From: Octopus bimaculoides | Taxonomy: Eukaryota | NCBI RefSeq assembly: GCF_001194135.2 | Contig: NC_068997.1 | Location: 40,749,721 to 40,802,489, forward strand | DNA length: 52,769 nt | Direction: 5' to 3' | Shown: positions 24,623 to 37,898 of the stretch, one piece after another | Position numbering within the stretch: the stretch's first letter is position 1 | Layout of the letters: every line of letters starts with the position of its first letter | Program-made: the position numbers and the translations under genes | The notes under the pieces: generated by a model | The model's input: the letters and a program-made list of their open reading frames with translations, nothing else | Database searches by the model: none | Told to the model about the DNA's origin: nothing

Positions 24623-25124
24623 ATAAATGAACGAAATATCAGCAACAAACATAAAGATACTTTGATGTAATACTTTATTAAAAAGAATAAAGAAGTAATA
24701 TAACCGTGAGTGTATTTTCAATGGTGAAATCAAGTTCTCAGTTTACAATGCAATCATGTTTGTTTAGTGTTACTTATCAATCAATGACAAGTATTAAGTA
24801 TTAATCTAATGCTCACATCGGTTGCAGTTCCTGAAAATATTTTGACATCCTGTCCTCAATGTCTATTGTCGTTTGCTTAACACTCGTACTAATTCCCTTT
24901 TATTTATTCCTTAATCTCTTGAAATGTATAATTGTTATCTTTATCTGTCAAATATCCCAGGAGTCATAATTGGCCATATTTTTCCCTCTTACTGACCGTG
25001 TTTTGAGGACAATGACAAGCAACTTAATCTTTACACTAATAAATCAGCAATGGATGAGACTGTTATAAAAGGGGAAGAAAAGCCTCACGTGGTACAGATA
25101 TACAGTGCTACTGCTGCTGCTTAG

Positions 25125-25335
25125 TCAACATCCACCCGCTCTCCTATTCGGCTTTGATCAGGAAGACCTCAGATCAAAGGTGATTCAGAATTGACTATTT
25201 CGACTTTATTTAGGCAATACATTTAGGCCTACATTAAACAATGTGCCCTTTTTTAAGTAATGTAGGGTGTGATTTGAGAAGAAATTGACTGCTATTTCTT
25301 GCAGGTCGAGTGGGCTACATAGAGAATTCCTTGCT
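25125..25335 (-). mobile_element. Family E repeat
   Basis: Reverse complement of 6262-6468-type sequence (AATGTGCCCTTTTTTAAG..GGGTGTGATTTGAG..GCTATTTC). Confidence 0.6.
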
Positions 25336-26171
25336 AGTTACAGCAGGCAGCGCAGATAGAACACATCACGTGGTACATCTAAATATAATAACTAACATTT
25401 ATTACAGTATAAAAGGTAAAATATAATAATAAACAGTCAACAGCTAGTAATATGAATAGAGGTGCAACGCTGAGAAGGAAGCTATAATGTTTCTAACAAA
25501 TATGGCCGCCGTCAACATGACCAATATCGAAATCACACAATCTAAGTAAAAATATCGATTTTTTTCCTTTTACTACACAGATGACTATTGATGTAGGAGA
25601 ATAAAGTCAATTGATCCTAGTATATTACTTATTTTTATCGATCTAAGCAACGATCGATCGCAAGATAGGTAAAACTGAACCTAGAGAGACTTCAATACAG
25701 ATCAGTGAAGTACTAAAGTTGGTAGCGTCATCGTATCTGGGAACATGTCTCGATGTTTCGTCTTTCATTCATACACACGCTTCACGATTTATTCAAAGGT
25801 TATTTTTGCAATTATAGTTGTTTATGTAACTGTTTTGTTTTCTCCGAGATTTCATTCATGATTTCACAAGGGAAAAGAAACATGAAAGAAAATAAATGTG
25901 AGCATAAAAATCAAGAAGTAATTTAACAAAATCACATTGTAGACTTTGCAAGATAGCTTCCAGCAACTACATTCTTGTTAAACTTGAATGACTACTCTTG
26001 AAATAGGATTTAGCCATACAGTTTGCTTGGAAGAATTTATCATTTACTGAGTCTTAAGTTACACTACACGAGTGTGGATTTTGCTTTTATTGCAGTAAAG
26101 ACAATGTACATGTAAACATTAATTTCTAGCATTGTTAGTATTACTGGTTGGATAATATTGACATTAATGTA

Positions 26172-26400
26172 GAGCGGCGAGCTGGCAGAATCGTTAGCAC
26201 ACCGAACAAATCGCTTAGCGGCATTTCGTCTGTCCTTGCGTTCTGAGTTCAAATTACGCTGAAGTTGAATTTGCCTTTCGTGTTTTCGAGATCGATAAAA
26301 TAAGTATCAGTTGAGTACAGGGGTCGATATAATAGATTTACCCCCTCCCTACCTCCACCCCGAAATTTCTGGCCTTGTGCCAAAATTTGAAACCAATATT
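26172..26400 (+). mobile_element. SINE-A full-length with TSD
   Basis: Flanked by AATATTGACATTAATGT and AATATTGGCATTAACGT. Confidence 0.92.
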
Positions 26401-27111
26401 GGCATTAACGTTACCAAATTTATTCTAAGGAGGTGTCGATTTTCCATGTAAAATACCAGAATGATATCAACAAAATTAAATTGGAAAATGAAGCCCTTTC
26501 TATGAAATGAGTAATTCTACTGAAATGTCAGGTAGGTTTACCACTATATACACACACACATGCACACATATATACAGTACATACTAACACACATTCACGC
26601 ATAAAACGCACACTAAGCACACATATATACAACACACACGCATGCGCACACATATTTCACGAAATATCTAGCAACATAAATTAACTGAGATTGGGTCCAA
26701 TATATTAAACAGAAGTCTCAGTTTGCAGAATAGAGTGAACTAACAAAACAAGCAAAAACAAAAGATGAAAGTCTCCAGCAACACAGATTTCCGATAAATT
26801 AATAATTTAATGATCGTTCTAAATGAAGAGAATAGTTTTGGCATTATTTTCTTTTAATTTTGTTTTCCTTATGCGTTGCCAAATATTAAAAAGTGATTAA
26901 AAATAAACATTTTCTGAAAGCTGAAAATTTTTTTCTGTTTATTTGATTCGGCATTATTTTATTTTCCCTCGAATTCATTAATTTATTTTTCTAATATAGA
27001 ATAAAATTCTTCATAGCAACGATGCGGTAAATAGCTGTACATAATAATCATAGTAAATGTCTCATCAAAAAGCTTTAATGCAAAGATGCAGTGGAATCTG
27101 TCTCCTGCTAC

Positions 27112-27164
<53 letters not shown>

Positions 27165-27703
27165 ACCATCGTAATACTCAGATATTGCAGTATAACAGAG
27201 GATAAGCTACTCCGTTAGACACAGATCAATTGTTACAAGAGGTGGGCGGGAGGGAGTGCTGATAGAGTTAGTAATATTGACAAATGATTGGAGATATTTA
27301 TCTGTGATACGGATTAGGGTGAAATTTAACCAAGAATAAACATCTCTAACTCACAGCAGACTAGAAAATATTCTATTGACAGGGGAAGCTAAAACAGAAC
27401 GCAAATAGGAAAATTAAGACTAAAGGCTATCAAATCAAGGCTTCGGTGGTTCAAATCCTTTCAACAGCACTGTTCTTCGTCTAACATTAAGGTACTTCGT
27501 TTCCAACAGCCCAGCTTGCATAGTTGTAAGTTGGTGACCAAGGAGAGTTGATTCATTGCTCTAAGCACCGACAGCACTGTAAGATTAACGAGTGTTTCAG
27601 TAGCTCGCTCGCAGGGTTGGGTTTCAGTCCTTCTCAGCGTCTGTGTCCTAATACATTGGTTAATAGAGTGGCTTTGTTTTCTGCTCTGTTACCAATAATC
27701 TAA

Positions 27704-27998
27704 AGGAGATATGGTTAAGATGCTCGCATTTCAACAACATGGTTACAGGTTCAGTCCCACAGCGCGGCACCTTAGGCACGTGTCCTCTGCTATAGAACCC
27801 GGTCGACCAATGCCTTGTACGTAAATTTTGTAGAAGGAAACTGTATGGAAGCCTGCCGTATATTTGTGTGTGCGTGCGTGTTTGTGTTTACTTCATCATC
27901 ATCATTTGTTGGTTTACGTCCTCGTGACTTAGCGGTTCGGTGAATGAGACTGACAGAATAAGTACTACACTTAACTTAAAATAAGTACTGGAGTCATT
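27704..27998 (+). mobile_element. SINE-B diverged copy
   Basis: GGTTCAGTCCCAC..GGCACCTTAGGCACGTGTC..GTTTACGTCC..ATAAGTACT. Confidence 0.85.
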
Positions 27999-28039
27999 TT
28001 GAGTTAACGGTAAGATATTACTAACCAAACCAACGTAGG

Positions 28040-28235
28040 AGTCTGTAGAAACAGCAACAAAAACTCCCTCGAATTATACCCTGGTGTATTGGATAAGGAA
28101 AGGACACATTATATTGTGCTACATACAATAGTGTTCTATGTATCAGTGGATGGTCACACTTGGAATGCATTTAATCACTGTTCCTCGCAATGATTGTTCA
28201 TTTAGAGCTAAGCAATGACAACGACAACAGCAACA
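28040..28235 (+). mobile_element. Family E repeat
   Basis: CTCCCTCGAATTATACCC..GGACACATT..GATGGTCACACTTGGAATGC..CAACAAC. Confidence 0.55.
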
Positions 28236-28780
28236 ACATTAAAACATGCTCATATATATTCAGGGAGACTTTGACTTTTACATTATCCGATAGACTCTCA
28301 AGTCGGCTAAAGACGGCAGAATTTTTGGAGCGTGAAACAAAATGGTGAGCGGGAATTTAATTACATTTTTATTTAAAATATCGCTGAAATCAATTTATAT
28401 TTCATCCTTCCGATACCGGTAAAATAAATAGAATACTGCACTCAGTCACCAGGATTACATTTATTGACACCGAAAGGAGGAAATGCTAGGTCGATCTCAG
28501 GCGGATTTGAACTGAGAACGTAGAGAGACAAAAGACACAGCATTGAGCATCATTTTATGCAAAACTCTAGCGATTCTACATATCAGCGTTCCATCCGTAA
28601 ATATAGGCCACAAGGCGCGAAACAAACGTTTCTCATACGTTTGTCACAAGGTCGTACAGAAGACTCATATATTATCAAGAGGCAAAATGAGGCAGGGAAG
28701 GTGGAGAGAAAGAGGAAAGGCGATTTGCGTATATATAAATATATACAAACATATGTATATGCAAATTACACACGAACACC

Positions 28781-28843
<63 letters not shown>

Positions 28844-29010
28844 NNNNNNNNNNACACACACACACACACACACGCACGCACGCACGTACATATTAAGATT
28901 TTAGTTCGCCATAGCGATACAAATAACTTGATGTTAGAACTCAATATACAGCTGTAAGATAATGAAGACAATTACGCAATTCTTGTTCCATTGTCGTCAG
29001 TTTAAATTTC

Positions 29011-29066
<56 letters not shown>

Positions 29067-29397
29067 CAAATATGTATGCATGATATATGTAAGTCTGCCT
29101 CTGCGTAATACTAACGTAGCCTGCCGGCAAACAGTGGTGGTGCTCATGTATATGTATGGTAGACAGCCGTACAGTTAATCTCTCTGTATTCACTATAGTA
29201 GCACACATGTCAATACAGAGTTAGAATTTATTTTGCTGCAGCAATTAATTATGAAAACATCGTGTTGCGATAAATAAAAACTGAATGAGTTGTTGCAAAA
29301 CAACTCCGGCTTTATTTTATTTAGTAAGGATATGAGATAGGTAAGTAGGTAGGTAATGTACGTCCTCTCTAGCAGAACAGCTATTGTGTGCGTGCGT

Positions 29398-29441
<44 letters not shown>

Positions 29442-29521
29442 ATGTGTGTGTGAGTGTGTGTGTGTTTGTGTGTGCGCGTGTACACACAGGTACACAAATA
29501 TACACACACATACATAGATAC

Positions 29522-29648
29522 TTACTCTTTTACTCTTTTACTTGTTTCAGTCTTTTTAACTGCGGTCATGCTGGAGCACCGCCTTTAGTCGAGCAAATCG
29601 ACCCCAGGACTTATTCTTTAGAAGCCTAGTACTTATTCTATCGGTCTC
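29522..29648 (-). mobile_element. SINE-B 3' end cut by N gap
   Basis: TTACTTGTTTCAGTC..TGCGGTCATGCTGGAGCACCGCCTTTAGTCGAGCAAATCGACCCCAGG. Confidence 0.9.
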
Positions 29649-30774
29649 NNNNNNNNNNNNNNNNNNNNNNNNNNNNNNNNNNNNNNNNNNNNNNNNNNNN
29701 NNNNNNNNNNNNNNNNNNNNNNNNNNNNNNNNNNNNNNNNNNNNNNNNNNNNNNNNNNNNNNNNNNNNNNNNNNNNNNNNNNNNNNNNNNNNNNNNNNNN
29801 NNNNNNNNNNNNNNNNNNNNNNNNNNNNNNNNNNNNNNNNNNNNNNNNNNNNNNNNNNNNNNNNNNNNNNNNNNNNNNNNNNNNNNNNNNNNNNNNNNNN
29901 NNNNNNNNNNNNNNNNNNNNNNNNNNNNNNNNNNNNNNNNNNNNNNNNNNNNNNNNNNNNNNNNNNNNNNNNNNNNNNNNNNNNNNNNNNNNNNNNNNNN
30001 NNNNNNNNNNNNNNNNNNNNNNNNNNNNNNNNNNNNNNNNNNNNNNNNNNNNNNNNNNNNNNNNNNNNNNNNNNNNNNNNNNNNNNNNNNNNNNNNNNNN
30101 NNNNNNNNNNNNNNNNNNNNNNNNNNNNNNNNNNNNNNNNNNNNNNNNNNNNNNNNNNNNNNNNNNNNNNNNNNNNNNNNNNNNNNNNNNNNNNNNNNNN
30201 NNNNNNNNNNNNNNNNNNNNNNNNNNNNNNNNNNNNNNNNNNNNNNNNNNNNNNNNNNNNNNNNNNNNNNNNNNNNNNNNNNNNNNTATGTATGTATGTA
30301 TATATATATATATGTATATATAGATAGATAGATAGATATAGATATAGATATAGATATATGCATACATATACATATACATAAACATAACATATACATGTAT
30401 GTATATATGTATGCATGTTTGTATGTATATATATATGTACACACACATATACGTGCATATACATACATATTTCTGACATTCTTTGTGAAAAGGAAATAGG
30501 GATCGTAACCAAGGGGTTTATGCCATCCTACACTGGTTGTTAGGGATTACTCAATGAAGCTGACAATTGCTGCCGGTCAATGATTTGAGGAAAAGCATGG
30601 TTGAGTTATGTAGTTACAGACATAATTGCACGAGTACGCATGCTCACCATTATGAAAGTGTGTGTGCGCATGCTCACGAGCCTGTGAGTGTGTAAACGTA
30701 CACAATAGTCAAAGTATTGTCCATAATTATTATACTTCAGTTCTTTTACATATACATACATACATACATAGGCA

Positions 30775-30990
30775 CAGGAGTGACTGTGTGGTTAGAAGTT
30801 AGCTTCCCAAACACATGATTCTGCGTCCAGTCCCACTGTGTGGCATTTTGGGCATATGTCTTCTACTATAGCATTGCGAGTAGACTTGGTGGACGGAAAC
30901 TGAAAGACGACCGTCTTTTGTGAGTGTATGTGCGTGGGTTCGATCCATTCGACTAAAATTCTTGATGGCCGCAGTCTAACAACTGAATTG
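30775..30990 (+). mobile_element. SINE-B with internal deletion
   Basis: AGGAGTGACTGTGTGGT head, TTTGGTGGACGGAAACTGAAAGA, GATGGCCGCAGTC tail. Confidence 0.85.
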
Positions 30991-31129
30991 AGTTCAAGAT
31001 GGAAGAGAAGAGAGAAGATATAAAATATCACAGGCTGTGCTTATGGAGTTGCATATGCAAATATATAAAAAGTAGACATGGTTGAATAGCTAATTGGTCA
31101 CAGTCGTGGAGTACTGTAACTGATCCCAG

Positions 31130-31257
31130 CTTCAGCTACTGTTTTCTTCCTACACCTCAACCTCATGTTTCAGCTATTGTTTTCTGCCTAAGTCTCTTGC
31201 TTGGGCTGTGGTTTTCTGCCTAGACCTCATGCTTGAGCTATTATTTTCTGACTCATG
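31130..31257 (+). repeat. Degenerate minisatellite, about 32 bp unit, 4 copies
   Basis: Units resemble CTTGAGCTATTGTTTTCTGCCTAGACCTCATG at 31130, 31168, 31200 and 31232. Confidence 0.75.
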
Positions 31258-31388
31258 CCAAACTTTTGAGTGTAAATGAGTAGACGTATTCGGTGATTCG
31301 CTCATTTTGGTTCAGAATTACATTAATTGTGTGTTTCGAGTATTCAGTGTTGCATATTGTATGGATTAATATGTAAGCTGTTCTCCAA

Positions 31389-31585
31389 GTCGGCGAGCTG
31401 GCGAAATGCTTGGTGGTATTTCGTCTGTCTTTATGTTCTGAGTTCAAATTCCGCTGAGGTCGACTTTACCTTTAAACCTTTCAGGAGTCGATAATTTAAG
31501 TACCAGTTGCGTACTGGGGTCGATCTAATCGACTGCCCCCCCCTCTCCAAACAATTTTGGGCCTTGTGCCTAGAGTAGAAATGAA
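31389..31585 (+). mobile_element. SINE-A copy with shortened head
   Basis: Body plus GGCCTTGTGCCTAGAGTAGAAA tail. Confidence 0.88.
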
Positions 31586-33149
31586 TGCGTAAGCTGTACC
31601 GTTCATCTACCAATGAAATACGTGATGTCGAAACCGACTATTCGTATAACACTCATATGGTATTTATGTGTACTAAAATATGCACGCGTGCACGCACAGA
31701 TCTTTCGCAAGTAGAAACACACACGCAAACACAGATAATCACATGCATGCACGATTATACAAATATAGCCGATGAAGCGTTTCGTAACTACTCGGAGTTT
31801 CATGTATGATACAATCGCCCAGATTTTAGGATATATGTATATATATATATATATATNNNNNNNNNNNNNNNNNNNNNNNNNNNNNNNNNNNNNNNNNNNN
31901 NNNNNNNNNNNNNNNNNNNNNNNNNNNNNNNNNNNNNNNNNNNNNNNNNNNNNNNNNNNNNNNNNNNNNNNNNNNNNNNNNNNNNNNNNNNNNNNNNNNN
32001 NNNNNNNNNNNNNNNNNNNNNNNNNNNNNNNNNNNNNNNNNNNNNNNNNNNNNNNNNNNNNNNNNNNNNNNNNNNNNNNNNNNNNNNNNNNNNNNNNNNN
32101 NNNNNNNNNNNNNNNNNNNNNNNNNNNNNNNNNNNNNNNNNNNNNTATATATATATATATATATATATATATGCATATTCATTCTTCTGGAAATTTTCCA
32201 ACACCATTTTGTGTGTGCGTTTGTATGTTTACGAGGGGGTTGTGTATAACTCAGGTGTAATTAATGGAGTCGATACGTTGAGTATTTTTATGAATGAGAT
32301 GTTGTAAGTCGTTGGCAGATGAACAAGTGTAAATATGTTGGCAAATACGATGAAACAGAATAAATAATGAGGTGAAATCAGGAATCCGTAGCAAGTGGAA
32401 GAGTTCGGTCAAGAATGTCATTAAGTTCAGTTTGCCTCTGGAACGAAGAGGCTAAAGTTTGGGACCATTTTTAGTTCGTCTGACAGGCAGGAAAATAGCG
32501 AAATAACGAATGGATTTCGTCATGGGTTTAATTTGATATCGATTCGTTGGGATTTGAATAGTATTTCATGGCGAATGTTCTTTTGTAATTTAACACGAAT
32601 TCTTAACATATATGCAAGGCCACTGGTTCTGGGAGGGTAAATAAGAAACGGAGCTAATTCTTTGATTCGGAGAAACTGGACGAGTTTCGAACCGAGTTCG
32701 TGGAGATCTGTTACATAATACTACGAGGTGTTTTATTCCATCGTCGGTCTATTAATTAGGCAATCCATTAGTTATAGTTGTAATTTAATTCTAAAATCTG
32801 AAAACGATATCTTTATTATGTAATTTCTCTATTATATAGCTATTATATTAATTGAAAGTGTGGGTAAGTGATATTTGGTAATTTGATAGATGAATTGAAA
32901 GGAATATTCATGGTAGACATATATTCATAATTATTTCTTAATTAGACTTAAAATATCAGTTTTGTAGATTTGGTTAGCTGTATGACTACCCTTTGGCGAT
33001 CACCTGTTATAATTCATTTCTCTATTTAGCTACTCAGGGAAAATTGTATGAGACTTCATTCATACAAAACATGAAACGTTTAAAAAGAGACGAGGTGTAC
33101 AAGGAAGTGTTGGAGCATGCAATTTACATAAGCACAACAACAAGGAATC

Positions 33150-33553
33150 ATGCAGTAGATTAAATCGACCCTAGTATCTGACTGGTATTGATTTTATTGG
33201 ACTATAAGTGATCAAAAAGGCAAAGTTGACCTGACCGGAAAATGAATTCAGATCCTAAACGGAGGCCACAAAATATTATGTCTGGTGGCTCTACTGATTT
33301 TGCCAATTCACTGCCTTAATAACAATAATAATAATAGTGATTTCAAATTTTGGCACAGCGCCAGCAATTTCCAGAATAGGGGTAAGTTGATTACATCGAC
33401 TCCAGTGCTTGGTTGATACTTAATTTATCGACCCCGAAAGAATGAAAGGCAAAGTCGAGCTCGGCGAAATTTGAACTCAGGACGTAAAGACGGACGAAAT
33501 GCCGCAAAGCATTTTGCTCGACATGCCAACGATTCTGCCAGCTCGTCGCCTTA
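33150..33553 (-). mobile_element. Two tandem SINE-A copies separated by (AAT)n
   Basis: Degenerate copy at 33150-33318 and a well-preserved copy at 33340-33553. Confidence 0.85.
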
Positions 33554-33604
33554 ACAACAACAACAACAACAACAACAATAATAATGATAATAATAATTTA
33601 AATA

Positions 33605-34565
33605 ACTGCCACTAATGAGCGTTTTAAGAAAGATGCGTGTGGGGTACATGCCAGGCAGGGTGAAAGTAAACAACCTGTAGTTTATGGATGACCTAAAGCT
33701 ATTTGCTAAGACTGAGAAAGAAATTGAGAGTTTGACAGCAACTGTGCAGATAATTAGCAAAGATATTGGCATGGCATTTGGGATCGGGAAATGTGGTGTG
33801 AGGATTCTCAAAAGGGGGAAAATCAGTAAAAGCCATGGGATCAAGCTGGAAAGTGGTGAAACTATAAAAGAAGTCGGAGAGGAAGGATATAAGTACCGGG
33901 GTATCATTGAAAGAGATAAGATGAATGAACACAAGATGAAAGAAATGTACAGGAAAGAGTATTTGAGGGGAACTCGGCTTGTGATCCAATCGAAGCTAAA
34001 TGGCCGCTATAAGATTAGAGCAATTAACACGTGGGCTGTTGCTTTGATAAAATATAGGGCAGAAATAGTATATTGGGAGAAGCATGAATTACAAGAGATA
34101 GACCGGAGAACACGTAAATTAACGACAATGAACAAGGAACTACACCCCAAGAGTGATGTGTCAAAATTTAATGTAAAGAGATGGGAAGAAGAACGGGGAT
34201 TAGTGTGTTGTGAAGGTTCTGTTAGGGAAGTGGAAAATAGCCTGGCTTGGTGTGTCAAGGGGAGAAAAAAAATGATCGAAGCAATGAAAGTGCAGGGAAC
34301 CTTAAAAGTGAACGAAGCTGTAGTTCCAACACAGTTTAAGAAAGACCAGAGAGAGCAGATGAAGAAAATTTGGCAGGACAAGAAAATGCAGTCAGTTCTT
34401 GAAGAATAGAGGTGAAACTGATTGGAATAGAACCTGGTAATTGTTGCAGAAAGGAGACTTAAAAGGGCCCACTGAGGCACTAGTGTACAATGCTCAAGAG
34501 CAAGCTCTTAGAACAAGCTAATCCAAATCTTACATTGTTAAAAGCACTGACTCGCCACAGTGAAG
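33605..34565 (+). mobile_element. R4/Dong-clade LINE fragment 1 (RT YxDD region and post-RT)
   Basis: FMDDLKLFAK, IGMAFGIGKC, YKYRGI, KLNGRYKIRAINTWAV, LHPKSDV, GDLKGPTEALVYNAQEQALRT. Confidence 0.92.
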
Positions 34566-35946
34566 GAATGTTACAGAAGAGTTCGAGCAGTTCTAAAATC
34601 CGAGTTAAATGCACGCAACAAGGTATTAGCTATAAACACCTGAGCAGTTCCGGTTGTTTCTTACAGTTTCAATGTGTTGAACTGGAATATGAGCGAAACA
34701 AGGAAGATTCGCAGGAAAATCTGTAAGCTGCTGACTTGCAATACGATGCACCACCCAAAGGTAGACGCAGATCGCCTTTACCATTCCAGAGCTCAAGGAG
34801 GTATGAAGAAGAGCAAAAAATTTGCTAGTGAGTTTATGCATAATACCCAGGTTGAACAGCATGATGGAAGTGCTGCAACTGTAGTTGCAAAGAAGGTGAA
34901 ATCAATAGCAAAACAAAATGCATTTGAACAAATGGCTGATAGGTGGGAACAGAAACCTCTGCATGACAAGTATATGGCTCGTAGAAAACAAGCTGATATA
35001 GACCAGAAGCATACTTATTTGTTGCTACAGAGCTCAGGGAGTGATGTCTTTATCTTTGGCTGCTCAAGATCAGAGCTTATTGACCCGGAACTATCAAGCC
35101 AACGTGATGAAATTTGGATTAGATCCAAAGTGCCGGTATTGAATAGGATAGAAACAGTGGACCACCTAATCTCTGAGTGTAAGGTTTTAGCACCTGTAGA
35201 GTATAAACCAAGACATGACAGTGTTGGCCGCCAACACTGGATAATGTGTTGGCATTATAAAATCAAGACTGCTGGCAAATGGTACAAACATCACCCTGAG
35301 GTTGTAACTGAGGGAGAAAATGTAACTATTCTTTGGGATTTTCCAGTATGTACAGACCGAAGCATCAAAGCAAATAAACCAGATATTGTTGTGAAAGACC
35401 AAAACGATAAAGTCTGTTTATTGATTGACATGTGCATACTCTGTGATCATGATATCTCGGCAAAAGAATTTGATAAGCTCAGAAAATATATAAAGATTTG
35501 CTAATTGAAATCAAAAAGACGTGGCATCTCAAGACGGTTACAATACCAGGAGCACTTGGAATGATCAAAAAAGGAACTGAACATTATCTAACAATGATCC
35601 CTGGCTTACCATTCATACAGGAAGGGCAAAAGTTTGTCTTAACTGGTACGTCACACATACTGAGAAGAGCATCGTCGCTGTGAATTTTCTTTCCTATTTT
35701 CAACTTCATTTTCTTTGTTTACTTTCATTTTACTTTTTTTTATTTTTGTATTTTTATCTCTGTCTTTCTCCCCCTTTTTGTGTATCACATGACTTTGCAG
35801 ATGAACAGCCTGGTGTGTTAATTTGAATGGCCTACCACTGTATACCACGAATTTCTCTGTCCTAGGTGTCAGGAAGACACTCGGCAAGAATTGGAAACAG
35901 AACTGAAAGAAGATAATAATAACAATAATAATAATAATAATAATAA
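34563..35946 (+). mobile_element. R4/Dong-clade LINE fragment 2 (post-RT, CCHC remnant, restriction-like endonuclease, 3' UTR, (AAT)n tail)
   Basis: KECYRRVRAVLKSELNARNKVLAINT, ETVDHLISEC, RHD, TILWDF, ANKPDIVV..IDM..KEFDKLRKY, GALGMIKK. Stop at 35683. Confidence 0.92.
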
Positions 35947-36040
35947 TCCTTTCTACTATAGGCACAAGTAACGCCTGAAATTTGGAGGGAGGGGGTAAGT
36001 CAATCACATCGACCCCAGTGTTTCACTGGTACTTAATTTA
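35944..36040 (-). mobile_element. SINE-A 3' end sharing the (AAT)n tract with the Dong tail
   Basis: AATCCTTTCTACTATAGGCACAAG..CCTGAAATTT..ATCGACCCCAGTG. Confidence 0.85.
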
Positions 36041-36239
36041 TGTGCCGAAATTGCCTTGACTGCCTTGAGTCAACAGCTGATGAGGGGAATATTGATATCC
36101 ATGCCTGTGTTTCTGCCTGTCTTGAGTGTTGCTGTTGTCTGTCACTAATTTTTGTTCTCTTGGATGATAGCGCCATGTTGACACCTTACAGGCTTTAATG
36201 CAGTTCTTTTTAAATATCACTTAATGACTTCCGCTCCTT

Positions 36240-36423
36240 TCAATTTTTATTCTCTCTCTTTCCCCCTCTCTTTCTCTCTCTCTCCTTCTTTCTTCTCTCC
36301 GCTTGTTCTCCATCTTATGTTCTCTCTCTCTCATCCTTCTTTCTGTACTTTGATAAATCTCTCTATCCCTCCCTTCTTTGTCTGTTTGTTTTTCTTCATC
36401 TCTCCTACAAATTCTCTCTCTTC

Positions 36424-36490
<67 letters not shown>

Positions 36491-36545
36491 GCTCTCACTC
36501 TCTCTCCAACCCTTCTCGACCTGATTCTAATCTTCTCCCACAACG
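36240..36545. repeat. (CT)n-rich polypyrimidine tract
   Basis: Directly visible. Confidence 0.85.
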
Positions 36546-37452
36546 CTTTTCAGATTTCCTCATGATTCTAAATCTACAGTCTTCTTTCTTATTGAACTTG
36601 AACCTATAACCTATCCCTTCGTTCTCCTCTATATTTCTGTCTTTGTTCAGAGGCTAACACCCAACAATCTCCTATCTCTTTTTCTTCTTGGTGTCATCAT
36701 TCGTTTCTGTTATTTTTTCCTTTATTCATTTGTTGGGATTCTTTCTTTGTTACTCCGTCCTGTTCTGGTTCTCCTCACAGTATGAGTGAATTATTCTCTG
36801 ATTTTTCGTGAAGTTGACACACTTGAATATTCGCTGCTCTTTATTTTTCCTACGCATGTTGCCAACTGGTCTCATTTTCTCAATTGTTTTGTTGCTTCCA
36901 GTCTTCCGGCTATCATTGCCTGATACCATTTGTTGTTAATCTATCGGTATTCTGCCAATAAATTATGCTGATCTTCAATCAATTGATGGTGTTTTACTTT
37001 TCTCCGCTTAAATCACCTTGTGTGTGAGTGTGTCTATTATGTATGTACGTATGTGAGTGAGTGTGCGTGTATGTTTGTGTGTAAAACAGAGAGGGGGAGG
37101 AAGGAGATGCCCACATCTCCCATATTACTTTCCAAGGTTCATTGAGAAAATGAGAGTAAGTTATTTCCCTTTTATGTAGGCGTTCATTCTCTGGTTAAAA
37201 ATATATTCACTTCCTATCAAGACAAAAAACAAAAGCGACACATAAAAGTTCCAAACAAATAAACACAGTTTTGCACATAAACAATACAATGTAGCGGTTG
37301 AAATCAGCTCTAGGTAAGTATTAATATGAAATCATCTGGTTCTGGACAAATGTACTTTTACTAATCATTCAGCGTGACATTCTTAAGTCTTATAAACGAA
37401 GAAGACATAGAATGATGTACAGATATATTATGTCTTAATATATGAGGTGAGA

Positions 37453-37898
37453 AAGGCGACAAGCTAGCAGAATCGTTAGCACGCCGGGCGAAATGCTCAG
37501 CGGTATTTCGTCTGCCGTAACGTTCTGGGTTCAAATTCCGCCGAGGTCGACTTTGCCTTTCATCCGTTCGGGGTCGATTAAAGGAGTAACAGTCACACAC
37601 TGGGGTCAATGTAATCGACTTAATCCGATTGTTGTCCCCTCTATGTTTAGCCCCCTGTAGGAAACAAAGAAATAGATATATGAGGTGAGATTAAGGCAGA
37701 ATCGTTAGCGCGTCGGGCAAAATGCTCAGCAGCATTTCATTCCTCTTTACGTCATCAGTTCAAATTCTGCCGACGTCGATTTTGGCTGTCATCCTTTCAG
37801 GACGATAAAATAAGTACCATTTGAACGTCGGGGGTCGATGTATTTGACTTAACCTCTCCCCAAAATTGCTGGCTTTGTGTCAAAATTTGAAACCAATA
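37453..37898 (+). mobile_element. Two tandem SINE-A copies with a triplicated target site
   Basis: ATATGAGGTGAGA at 37440-37452 and 37678-37690, ATATAAGGTGAGA at 37896-37908. Confidence 0.92.

Noticed and set aside
36040-36100. GAAA..TTGACT/AGTCAA hairpin..CTGATGA in hammerhead type II order
   Set aside because: No convincing stem III or NUH site, and stem II has only 2 bp.
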